Assembly (NCBI GenBank): GCA_034716265.1
Contig: JAYEGK010000253.1
Location: 952-64,951, forward strand
Origin: Campylobacterota bacterium
Lineage (GTDB): Bacteria; Campylobacterota; Campylobacteria; Campylobacterales; Sulfurimonadaceae
Direction: 5' to 3'
DNA length: 64,000 bases
Shown here: one piece after another, positions 30,707 through 39,282 of the stretch
Position numbering within the stretch: position 1 is the stretch's first letter
Layout: each line of letters opens with the position of its first letter
The notes under the pieces: model-generated
What the model was told of the DNA's origin: nothing
Seen by the model: only the letters and a program-made list of their open reading frames with translations
Database searches by the model: none
Position numbers and translations under genes: made by a program

Positions 30707-30763
30707 TTGATGAAAATCTTTATCCTGTTGTTATTAATCGGCTATTTAACCAAGCTGATATAA
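30707..30763 (+). CDS. Small hydrophobic peptide (17-18 aa), candidate type I toxin
   Basis: GGAGGA at 30694-30699, TTG ATG starts at 30707/30710; (M)MKIFILLLLIGYLTKLI*. Confidence 0.6.
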   Translation: MMKIFILLLLIGYLTKLI

Positions 30764-30771
30764 AAACAAAA

Positions 30772-30792
30772 GAGAGGTCTAACCATCCTCTC
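30772..30792. terminator. Hairpin between the small ORF and coaE; U tail on the minus (coaE) strand
   Basis: GAGAGG-TCTAACCAT-CCTCTC; the minus strand continues TTTTGTTTTT. Confidence 0.65.
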
Positions 30793-30795
30793 AAT

Positions 30796-31389
30796 TTATA
30801 AATACTTCCCCTTAATAATCTCCACAAAATCCTCAACCTCCTGTTGTAAGTGTTTGAGATTTTTAGAGTTATCTATTACCCATGTTGCTCTCTCTTTTTT
30901 TTCATCTATTGGAAATTGTGATGCTATTCGAGAGAGTGATTCTTTTTGAGAGTAACCGTTACGTTTCATAAAACGTTCAAGTTGAATATCAGCAGGAGTG
31001 TAGACAACAACACTCTCTTTAATATCATAGGCACTGTTTTCAAAGAAGAGGGGAATATCTATAAGATAGGGAAATTTAAAACCATCTTGTTTTATACTTC
31101 TTTTTTCTATCTCTGCACGGATTTTTGGATGTAAGAAATCTTCTAAAACTTTTTTCTTTGCATCATCAGCAAAAACTAAAGTTCCAAGTTTAGCACGATC
31201 TACTTTTGAGTTGTTGAGATACTCTGAACCAAAAGTTTCAGCTACCCATACAGTTGATGCGTCTAAAATTTCATGTGAAATCTTATCTGCATCGATAACT
31301 CGCATTCCATTAAGAGCTAAAAGAGATGCTACCGTACTTTTTCCAGTAGCGATAGAACCTGTTAAAGCGATAGCGTACTCATAAGCCAT
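30796..31389 (-). CDS. coaE: Dephospho-CoA kinase
   Basis: LTGSIATGKST, IDADKI, LHPKIR, DIPLFFE, VIDNS. Confidence 0.96.
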   Translation of the reverse strand: MAYEYAIALTGSIATGKSTVASLLALNGMRVIDADKISHEILDASTVWVAETFGSEYLNNSKVDRAKLGTLVFADDAKKKVLEDFLHPKIRAEIEKRSIKQDGFKFPYLIDIPLFFENSAYDIKESVVVYTPADIQLERFMKRNGYSQKESLSRIASQFPIDEKKERATWVIDNSKNLKHLQQEVEDFVEIIKGKYL

Positions 31390-31934
31390 TAATTTTTTGT
31401 TATCCCTAAATACTCTTTACGGATATAGTTTGGCATAGCAAATGATGCGATATGAATATCACAGTTGTAGTAGTTTAAGTTATCAAGCATATCTGAACGT
31501 TGTAAGATCAGATCTGCTGTTGGATGATACTCTTTTGAAGCGAGAAGAGCTGTCGAACTATTCCCTAAGTTATATGGCATAATGATTTTGAAATAGTTTC
31601 CTAAAATCTGCATCATTATCTTGTTCTCTTCTGTATTATCTAGTGATGGATGTTTAATAGCTAATTGACCATCATCTTTTAATATACGGCTAATATGTCC
31701 TAAAACAGCTGCATCACTATCCATTTCACAGATAACTATATCTGCACTATTCTCTTCACAATCACGAAGAGCATCTAATCTACAAGCTACAACAGTATGA
31801 GTCATATCTGTATGTTTTGCTATCTCATCTGTTAAGTTTTCAGCATTATCACTTACAACTAAAACATTTTGTGGGTTTTTACTTGTACATAAAGGTACGT
31901 GAACCATCATCTCTGAATAGATAAATTCTTGCAT
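31389..31934 (-). CDS. Short spermidine synthase-like protein
   Basis: EFIYSEMMVHVPL..NPQNVLV and YYNCDIHIASFAMP termini are SpeE-like; the glycine-rich GGGDG motif is absent. Confidence 0.7.
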   Translation of the reverse strand: MQEFIYSEMMVHVPLCTSKNPQNVLVVSDNAENLTDEIAKHTDMTHTVVACRLDALRDCEENSADIVICEMDSDAAVLGHISRILKDDGQLAIKHPSLDNTEENKIMMQILGNYFKIIMPYNLGNSSTALLASKEYHPTADLILQRSDMLDNLNYYNCDIHIASFAMPNYIRKEYLGITKN

Positions 31935-32081
31935 ATTATAATTCCTAATATATTTTTATTGATTGGATTTTAGCATATTTGTCTTTATATGTTTTAAAAA
32001 GCTTCAAAGTTCAATTTATTTAAGGCTTACTTGATAATTATTGTTATAATCACACAAATTTTTTATAAAAAGGATAAAAAA

Positions 32082-32267
32082 ATGGATTTTAATAAAATTA
32101 GAAAAGTTTGTAAACCTGTTCGTATCGTAATGGGTTTAGTTCTGATAGCGGCGGCATTTTTTACAGGTATAAACTGGTTATATTTAGGAGTAATACCATT
32201 AATAGCAGGTATCACTAACTTCTGTCCACTATGTATGATTACTAAAAAGTGTGATCTACCAGAATAG
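32082..32267 (+). CDS. DUF2892/YgaP-like small membrane protein
   Basis: AAGGA RBS before MDFNKIRK; two TM helices; LGVIPLIAGITNFCPL motif. Confidence 0.8.
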   Translation: MDFNKIRKVCKPVRIVMGLVLIAAAFFTGINWLYLGVIPLIAGITNFCPLCMITKKCDLPE

Positions 32268-32292
32268 TCCATCAATAGCTATATTCTCAACA

Positions 32293-32338
32293 CCTCTTAA
32301 AATAGAATAGGTTAAAATTCTACCACTATTTTAAGGGG
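32293..32338. promoter_or_regulatory. 13-bp inverted repeat enclosing a TAAAAT -10 box; terminator or operator
   Basis: CCTCTTAAAATAG...CTATTTTAAGGGG followed by T6. Confidence 0.5.
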
Positions 32339-32372
32339 TTTTTTCATTAGTTTGAAAAGATAAAGGATAAAA

Positions 32373-33437
32373 GTGGCTTTTTCAGCAAAAAATCGTCAAG
32401 GGACAATCAACGGAATTATATTTGTAGCAATTTTTGCAGCAGCAGCTACAATGGTATCCAACTTAGAGTTTATTCGTAACTTAGGTATTTCACCTCTTGT
32501 TATAGGTATCGTAATGGGTATATTTTATGCAAATACTTTACACAATCAGATACCATCAGAGTGGGGAACAGGTATCACTTTCTCTGCTAAAAAGATACTC
32601 CGTTTTGCGATAGTATTTTATGGTTTTCGTATAACATTTCAACAGATTTCCGATGTTGGTATGGATGGATTTTTAGTCTCTCTTATTATGTTAAGTACAA
32701 CATTTATTATAGGTACCTATTTAGGATATAAAATCTTTAAAATGGATAGAGACACATCTATGTTAACAGCATCGGGAGCATCTGTATGTGGTGCAGCAGC
32801 AGTTTTAGCAACAGAACCTGTACTAAAGTCCCAAGAGCATAAAACAGCTATTGCTGTTTCTATGGTAGTTCTTTTTGGTACTATCTCTATGTTTTTATAT
32901 CCTCTTCTTTATGCAACAATCATAGAACCTGCCACAGGGTTTTTACATATGACACCTCAAGAGTTTGGTATCTATGTTGGAGGTACTATTCACGAGGTAG
33001 CACAGGTTGTAGCTGTTCCCGCTTCTATTGCGGGTTCTCCTGAGGATATGGCTAACTCTGCTGTTATTGTGAAGATGACAAGAGTTATTATGATCGCTCC
33101 TCTGCTTATTATTTTAGGTTTATACCTCTCTTATGAAGCAAAGAAAAATGGTGCATTGGGTGAAAAAGTTAAACTTGTTATTCCTTGGTTCGCTGTTTAC
33201 TTTATCTTAGTGGCAGGGTTTAATTCACTTGGAATTGTTCCTCAAAATATTGTAGATATTATCAATGAGATAGATACATTTTTACTTACAATGGCGATGA
33301 CAGCACTAGGTATGGGAACAAGATTTGCAAAGTTTAAAGGTCTTGGACTAGCTCCTTTATATACTGGTGCTGGTATGTTCTTATGGTTAGTTATTGGTGG
33401 GTTTATTATCACTAAGTTGGTGGTTGATATTTTTTAA
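32373..33437 (+). CDS. YeiH/UPF0324 family membrane transporter
   Basis: GASVCGAAAV, GGTIHEVAQVVA, VKMTRV, LLTMAMTALG. Confidence 0.92.
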   Translation: MAFSAKNRQGTINGIIFVAIFAAAATMVSNLEFIRNLGISPLVIGIVMGIFYANTLHNQIPSEWGTGITFSAKKILRFAIVFYGFRITFQQISDVGMDGFLVSLIMLSTTFIIGTYLGYKIFKMDRDTSMLTASGASVCGAAAVLATEPVLKSQEHKTAIAVSMVVLFGTISMFLYPLLYATIIEPATGFLHMTPQEFGIYVGGTIHEVAQVVAVPASIAGSPEDMANSAVIVKMTRVIMIAPLLIILGLYLSYEAKKNGALGEKVKLVIPWFAVYFILVAGFNSLGIVPQNIVDIINEIDTFLLTMAMTALGMGTRFAKFKGLGLAPLYTGAGMFLWLVIGGFIITKLVVDIF

Positions 33438-33498
33438 TCAAACTCTTTAAATAAAAATTATATAATTTCTCTAATAATTATTATGAGGGGTCAAAAGA

Positions 33499-33966
33499 AT
33501 GTCACATTTTCCAAATACATTGAACTCTTTTTGGCTCTGGAGAGAGATCTCCTTAAAACTTGGTGTATCCAATCCTGCTTATAAGTATTGGAAAAATACA
33601 CCAAATATGAAATTAAACAATAAATATGTTTTCATACAAAAAAAGAGCCTCCCTCTAAAACATACCCATATAGAATCTACATTAACAGATCTCTCAGGAT
33701 ACCTTCCTATCAAATTTGCATCCGATCAACTTCATGTGAATGAACATATATTTTCCTATGAAAAGATGAAACTTTATAAAGAGTTTGATTATAAATTTGT
33801 TCAAGATGTTAAGTTTGTTAATATCAGAAAATTTTTTAGAGAAAATGGGATAACAGTACCTAAAAACTCTATTGTTCAATTAGGAAAACTCAAAGATTTA
33901 GAGTTAGATTCTAGATCAACATTTTACAATCTAAAAAATGATTATGCGATAGTGGTCTATAACTAA
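33499..33966 (+). CDS. Conserved hypothetical protein with two HTH-like repeats
   Basis: Soluble and basic; two similar helix-turn-helix-wing-like segments by eye. Confidence 0.7.
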   Translation: MSHFPNTLNSFWLWREISLKLGVSNPAYKYWKNTPNMKLNNKYVFIQKKSLPLKHTHIESTLTDLSGYLPIKFASDQLHVNEHIFSYEKMKLYKEFDYKFVQDVKFVNIRKFFRENGITVPKNSIVQLGKLKDLELDSRSTFYNLKNDYAIVVYN

Positions 33967-35013
33967 ATGGATGATTTTTTTATAGAGTTTCATGACCCTC
34001 TTTTTAGTATCATAGTCTTTTTTTTACTTATTTTTGTGGTTACCTTTTTCTCTTACTGGTGGGGAAGATATAGATATCAAAAGAGTTCTCAAGATTTAGA
34101 TAATTTTTTAAAAGGTCTAAACTCTCACGAATCAGAGGATGAACTCCCTATTCTTATTCAAAATGGAGAACTTTCTCAAAAATCGTGGTTGCTTTTAGCT
34201 GAATCATACTTCAAAAGTGGTGATTATGAAAAAAGTATAGATATATATAACGAACTATTGAAACTTTCAGATGTGAGTTCCTCTAAAGAGATAATGTTTT
34301 TATTAGGAAAAACATATTTTAAAGCGGGTTTTTTAGAGCGTTCTAAACAGATGTTTTTAGAGATATTGAAAAACTATCCTAAAACACCTGAAGCACTGAA
34401 ATTTTTGCTCTTAGTGTATGAAAATCTACGTGATTATAGATCTGCACTCGAAACATTAGAACCTTTAGAGGAGCTTCAAAAAGATATCGCTAAAGATTCT
34501 GTCTACCTCAAATTATTAGCGATTATCAACACTAGAGAAAAAAGGAAAGATTTACAGATAGCCTCTCTTTTAGAGATATATAAGCAAAACAACTATCTTA
34601 CTCATATGGTTTTTGAATTTTTATTTCAGACAGATATAGAGATCGCTTGGAAAAATATTGATATACTCAAGAGTGAACTTTTAATAGATATTTTTTGGCA
34701 TATAGATGAAAAAAATTTGGATTTTGATATAATTTCAAAAAGTGATTTTTTAAAAGAACTCTATACTGCTCGTGGTGATATCGATGCAGTATCTAAAAGT
34801 TCAATTTTTGAATTTGATGTTCTTATTAACTTGAAAAAAAGTTCAAATGCAACACTTAATTTTGATTATGTTTGTAGTAGTTGCCAATATAACCATCCAT
34901 TTGCTTTTAATCGTTGTAGTCGTTGCCATAATATAGATACTCAAATAGTAGAGTTTAGCTTAGCTAAAAATTATTTTAGAAATTTTAACGAAGAAAATAA
35001 CTCTTTTCAATAA
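33967..35013 (+). CDS. LapB-like TPR protein with C-terminal rubredoxin-type motif
   Basis: N-terminal TM, TPR repeats (LGKTYFKAGFLERSK), C-terminal CxxC...CxxC. Confidence 0.82.
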   Translation: MDDFFIEFHDPLFSIIVFFLLIFVVTFFSYWWGRYRYQKSSQDLDNFLKGLNSHESEDELPILIQNGELSQKSWLLLAESYFKSGDYEKSIDIYNELLKLSDVSSSKEIMFLLGKTYFKAGFLERSKQMFLEILKNYPKTPEALKFLLLVYENLRDYRSALETLEPLEELQKDIAKDSVYLKLLAIINTREKRKDLQIASLLEIYKQNNYLTHMVFEFLFQTDIEIAWKNIDILKSELLIDIFWHIDEKNLDFDIISKSDFLKELYTARGDIDAVSKSSIFEFDVLINLKKSSNATLNFDYVCSSCQYNHPFAFNRCSRCHNIDTQIVEFSLAKNYFRNFNEENNSFQ

Positions 35014-35041
35014 TAGAAAGAAAATAGTAGGGAAATTATGA
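34988..35041 (+). pseudogene. rnhA: Remnant of ribonuclease HI gene
   Basis: Frame reads (ACG)[19 protein letters not shown]: an RNase HI-like N-terminus joined to a stop overlapping the rnc ATG, at the position where rnhA lies in Campylobacterota. Confidence 0.65.
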
Positions 35042-35718
35042 AGAAAAAGATTGAACCGTTAGAGAAAGCTTTAGGTTATACCTTTCAAAATGAAAAGCTT
35101 ATTATCGAAGCGCTGACACATAAAAGTTATAAACAGCCCTATGATAATGAGCGCTTAGAGTTTCTTGGTGATGCTGTTTTAGATCTTATTGTTGGAGAGT
35201 ATCTATATAAGAAATTTTCCAAATCAGATGAGGGAAATCTCTCTAAAATTAGAGCATCCTTAGTTAATGAAGCGGGGTTTGACAAACTAGCTCGTGCTTT
35301 AAATCTTGGGGATTATATATATCTCTCAAATGCTGAGGAAAACAATGGTGGACGTGAGAAACCATCACTCCTTTCAAATGCTTTTGAAGCTATTATTGGA
35401 GCGATCTATTTAGAGTCTGGATTGGAAGTTGTTAATAAAATAGCGATATATCTCATTGAAAAAAATCATAAAGATATATCTTTAGACTCTCTTTTTCGTG
35501 ATTTTAAAACTACCCTCCAAGAACTTACTCAATCAAGCTTTGGAACAACACCAGAGTATAAAGTAGTTGCAAGTCGTGGACCTGATCATCTTAAAGAGTT
35601 TGAGGTTGCTGTTTTTATAGAGGGTAAAGAGTATGCAAGAGCTCTTGGTAAAAGTAAAAAGATAGCACAACAAGAATCAGCTAAAGTAGCGATACAGCTT
35701 CTAAAAGAGGAAAAATAA
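35038..35718 (+). CDS. rnc: Ribonuclease III
   Basis: [12 protein letters not shown] signature; C-terminal dsRBD (GKSKKIAQQ). Confidence 0.97.
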   Translation: MKKKIEPLEKALGYTFQNEKLIIEALTHKSYKQPYDNERLEFLGDAVLDLIVGEYLYKKFSKSDEGNLSKIRASLVNEAGFDKLARALNLGDYIYLSNAEENNGGREKPSLLSNAFEAIIGAIYLESGLEVVNKIAIYLIEKNHKDISLDSLFRDFKTTLQELTQSSFGTTPEYKVVASRGPDHLKEFEVAVFIEGKEYARALGKSKKIAQQESAKVAIQLLKEEK

Positions 35719-36791
35719 TGAACAGTTTTGGAGAAAAATTAAAATTTAGCACTTTTGGTGAATCTCATGGAACAGCTATTGGCTGTTTACTCGATGGTGT
35801 TCCCGCTGGACTTCAAATCGATGAAGAGTATATTCAGAGTGAACTTGACCGTAGAAAACCTGGTAAAAGTGAGTTTGAAACAGCAAGAAAAGAGGCTGAT
35901 AAAGTTGAAATCTTGAGTGGTGTTTTTGAGGGATTGAGTACAGGTACTCCCATAGCGATGATTATATACAACACAAATCAAAAATCTCGAGATTATTCAA
36001 ACATAAAAGATATGTTTCGTCCAGGTCATGCTGATTTTACTTACTTTCATAAATATGGTTTAAGAGATTATAGAGGAGGGGGTCGTTCATCTGCTCGTGA
36101 AACGGCTGCTCGTGTTGGGGCTGGAGCTATCGCTAAACTTATGTTAAAGAGTTTGGATATAGAGATTTTCAGTGGTATTAGTGAAGTTCATGGTATTAAA
36201 TCTGAAAAGTTTAATTATGAAAATGCTAAAGAGAGTATTATTTATGCACTTGATGCATCAAAAGAGCAGGAGCAAAAGGATGCCATACTCGAAGCTAAAA
36301 ACAACCACGATTCTGTTGGTGGTGTTTCTCGTGTTTTGATTAAAGGTACTCCAAAAGGGTTAGGGCAACCTCTTTACTATAAACTAGACGCTGTTTTAGC
36401 AGACGCGATGATGGGGATCAATGCAGTTAAAGCGGTTGAGATAGGTGATGGAGTTTTAAGTGCAACAAAACTAGGTTCACAAAATAATGATGCGATCAGA
36501 GCAGATGGATTTGAATCCAATCATGCAGGGGGTATTCTTGGTGGTATCAGTAATGGTGAAGATATTGTTTTAAATGTTTATTTTAAACCAACACCATCTA
36601 TTTTTAAATCTCAACATACTGTAACAACAGATAATGAAGAGGTTGATTTTGAACTCAAAGGACGACATGATCCCTGTGTTGCTATACGTGGAACTGTTGT
36701 TTGTGAATCTATGGCCGCTTTAGTGATAGCAGATATGTTACTTTTAAATATGGGTTCAAATATGAACGGTATTACAAAATATTATAAATAA
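35718..36791 (+). CDS. aroC: Chorismate synthase
   Basis: FGESHG, RPGHAD, RGGGRSSARET, GRHDPC. Confidence 0.98.
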   Translation: MNSFGEKLKFSTFGESHGTAIGCLLDGVPAGLQIDEEYIQSELDRRKPGKSEFETARKEADKVEILSGVFEGLSTGTPIAMIIYNTNQKSRDYSNIKDMFRPGHADFTYFHKYGLRDYRGGGRSSARETAARVGAGAIAKLMLKSLDIEIFSGISEVHGIKSEKFNYENAKESIIYALDASKEQEQKDAILEAKNNHDSVGGVSRVLIKGTPKGLGQPLYYKLDAVLADAMMGINAVKAVEIGDGVLSATKLGSQNNDAIRADGFESNHAGGILGGISNGEDIVLNVYFKPTPSIFKSQHTVTTDNEEVDFELKGRHDPCVAIRGTVVCESMAALVIADMLLLNMGSNMNGITKYYK

Positions 36792-36801
36792 GGAATAAAA
36801 A

Positions 36802-37218
36802 ATGCCAAAAGCTTTTAAAGATAAAAATAGTGAAGAGTGGTTTTTTCCAGCAGAGAGTTATATATTAAGTGAAACTGATGATAAGGGAATAATTCTCTAT
36901 GCAAATAAGATATTTTATGATATTGCAGGTTATACGCCTAATGAGTTAGAGGGACAACCACACAATGTCATCCGCCATCCAGATATGCCTCGTATAGCAT
37001 TTAAAGGGTTATGGGATGATATTCAATCTAAGGGGTTTTGGACTGGAACAGTAAAAAATCTTAGAAAAGATGGTGGGTATTACTGGGTTCAAGCAACTGT
37101 TCTTAGAAAAGTAAATAGTGATGGGAAAGTAACATATCTATCTATAAGAAGAAATCCAGATAGAAATCGAGTAGAAGAGTGTATTCCTCTCTATGCAAAG
37201 TTAAAGGGTTCAGAGTAG
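36802..37218 (+). CDS. Stand-alone PAS protein (Aer/CetB-like)
   Basis: SETDDKGIILYAN, GQPHNVIRHPDMP, KNLRKDGGYYWV. Confidence 0.88.
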   Translation: MPKAFKDKNSEEWFFPAESYILSETDDKGIILYANKIFYDIAGYTPNELEGQPHNVIRHPDMPRIAFKGLWDDIQSKGFWTGTVKNLRKDGGYYWVQATVLRKVNSDGKVTYLSIRRNPDRNRVEECIPLYAKLKGSE

Positions 37219-37436
37219 TGATAAAGATAAATTTACTCGTAGAAGAGGAGTATATAGATACTTTTATGACGACACTACCTCAAGATAAAGTTATCGTAAT
37301 CGAAGAGAACTTTGAACAAAATAGAGAACTTTTGAAAAATGAGTTATCAAAATGTACTCAAAATAGTGATGATCTGTTATCTTATACTGATAGTATAAAA
37401 GAGTTAGATAGATGGCTAGAAAAGAAGAGTAAATAG
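37218..37436 (+). CDS. Small acidic protein, putative antitoxin partner
   Basis: GTG 37218 overlaps the PAS stop; its own stop overlaps the RelE/ParE-like start. Confidence 0.65.
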   Translation: MIKINLLVEEEYIDTFMTTLPQDKVIVIEENFEQNRELLKNELSKCTQNSDDLLSYTDSIKELDRWLEKKSK

Positions 37437-37708
37437 TGAATATTCTAACTTCAAAACTTTATGAAAAGCAGTTAAAAGATATTTTAGAGCTGGTAGCACA
37501 ACAAGATTATCAATCTGCAAAGAACTTTAAAATGTATCTTGATACTATTATATTAAACATGCCTACAAAAGAGAAGAAATATAAAAAATCAATCTATTTT
37601 GATGATGAAAATATTAAAGATATATCATTTCAAGGCTGTACAATTATCTTTTTTGTAGATAAAGGTAACAGTCGTTATATTATTTTAGGTATTACAGCAA
37701 AAAGTTAA
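37436..37708 (+). CDS. RelE/ParE-fold protein
   Basis: SKLYEKQLKDILELVAQQDYQSAKNF...KKSIYFDDENIKDI.FQGCTIIF...IILGI pattern typical of ParE-like toxins. Confidence 0.7.
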   Translation: MNILTSKLYEKQLKDILELVAQQDYQSAKNFKMYLDTIILNMPTKEKKYKKSIYFDDENIKDISFQGCTIIFFVDKGNSRYIILGITAKS

Positions 37709-37899
37709 ATAGATATTTTTTATGTTAATTATAAAGAAAAAATATTTAAATAGACTTTTATATTAGAAACAAATAATAGATATTATTATTAACATAAGAC
37801 GACGATTTAATCAACAAAATCTTCCAATTTATTCGTCAAAACCCCTAAAACACTCTCTTTATATTAACTCCTAAGATAAATTAATGATTAAGCATTCCA

Positions 37900-37939
37900 T
37901 GGCATAATATACGACATCATTTTGTTATAGAGTGTAACA
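37900..37939 (+). promoter_or_regulatory. Putative soxC promoter (TG-N-CATAAT) with downstream inverted repeat
   Basis: TGGCATAAT at 37900-37908; TGTTA-N7-TAACA at 37923-37939. Confidence 0.45.
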
Positions 37940-37971
37940 TTTAAGTAATACAACTTAACTAAGGAGAAATA

Positions 37972-39282
37972 ATGGATAATAAAAAATCTGAAAAAGATTT
38001 AGAAGTATCGTCAAGAAGAGACTTTTTTAAAAAGACAGCAGCTCTTGGTGCTACTGCGTTAGCAGGCACAAGTTTAGCAGCATCTCAAGATGACCCAGCT
38101 ATCATGCACCATGTTCCATGGGGACAAAAATGGGGAGACCCAGTAACTAAAAATCAGTATGGTATTCCATCTGCGTATGAACACAATAACACAAGACGCG
38201 TTACTAAACTTCTAGCTTCTGGTAACTATAGAGCATCTATTGCCGTTACTCCTATTCATGAGTCAGAGGGTATTATCACTCCAAATGGTCTGTTCTTTTC
38301 TCGTTCTCATGGTGGTACTGCACATATTGATCCTAAAGAGTATCGTTTAATGATTCACGGTTTAGTTGAGAAGCCTATCGTTCTTACTCTTGATCAACTT
38401 AAACGTTATCCAAGTGTAACTCGTACTCACTTTATTGAGTGTCCAGCAAATGGTGGACAGGAGTGGAGAGGGCCACAGTTTAACTCTTTACAGTTTTCTA
38501 AAGGTTTTATGGCTTCTGCTGAGTGGACTGGTGTTTACATCAAAACTATTCTTGAAGATTTAGGTCTTAAACCAGGTGCTAAATGGATGCTTGCTGAGGG
38601 TTCTGATAACTCTGAGATGGGTCGTTCTGTTCCAGTTGAGAAAGTTCTTGATGATGCTATGATTGTATGGGGTCAAAATGGGGAAGCTCTTCGTCCAGAG
38701 CAGGGTTATCCAGTAAGACTTCTTCTTCCAGGTTGGGAAGGAAACTTATGTGTTAAATGGTTAAAGCGTTTAGATTTTGCTTCTGAGCCTTGGTATGCAA
38801 AAGAGGAAACTTCCAAATACACTGCTCTTAAACCAAGTGGTAAAGCTATCCAACACTTCTATGCAAATGAGGTAAACTCAACAGTGGTTTCTCCATCTCC
38901 AGAAAAACCTTGGACAGATTTAAAAGAGGGTGATGTTGTAGAGATCGAGGGTCTTGCATGGTCTGGTATGGGTACTATTACTTTAGTAGATATATCATTT
39001 GATGGTGGTAGATCATATACACAAGCAAATCTTAAAGGTTTAGTACTACCTAAATCATGGACTCGTTGGTCTTATATGTATACAATTCCAAAAGATTTTA
39101 AACATAATGGAAAACAGTTACTACTTACATCTCGTGCAATGGATGATGCTGGTTATATTCAGCCAACAGTTGATGAAGAGACAAAAGTTATGGGTGTTGA
39201 GTCTGTATACCATAGAAATGGTGTAGAAACTTGGGAAGTTACAGCTACAGGAGAGGTAAACCATGTTCAAATTAGATCGTAA
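37972..39282 (+). CDS. soxC: Sulfane dehydrogenase molybdoprotein subunit
   Basis: Tat signal SRRDFFK, GIITPNGLFF, FIECPAN, QNGEALRPEQGYPVRLLLPGWEG. Confidence 0.95.
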   Translation: MDNKKSEKDLEVSSRRDFFKKTAALGATALAGTSLAASQDDPAIMHHVPWGQKWGDPVTKNQYGIPSAYEHNNTRRVTKLLASGNYRASIAVTPIHESEGIITPNGLFFSRSHGGTAHIDPKEYRLMIHGLVEKPIVLTLDQLKRYPSVTRTHFIECPANGGQEWRGPQFNSLQFSKGFMASAEWTGVYIKTILEDLGLKPGAKWMLAEGSDNSEMGRSVPVEKVLDDAMIVWGQNGEALRPEQGYPVRLLLPGWEGNLCVKWLKRLDFASEPWYAKEETSKYTALKPSGKAIQHFYANEVNSTVVSPSPEKPWTDLKEGDVVEIEGLAWSGMGTITLVDISFDGGRSYTQANLKGLVLPKSWTRWSYMYTIPKDFKHNGKQLLLTSRAMDDAGYIQPTVDEETKVMGVESVYHRNGVETWEVTATGEVNHVQIRS

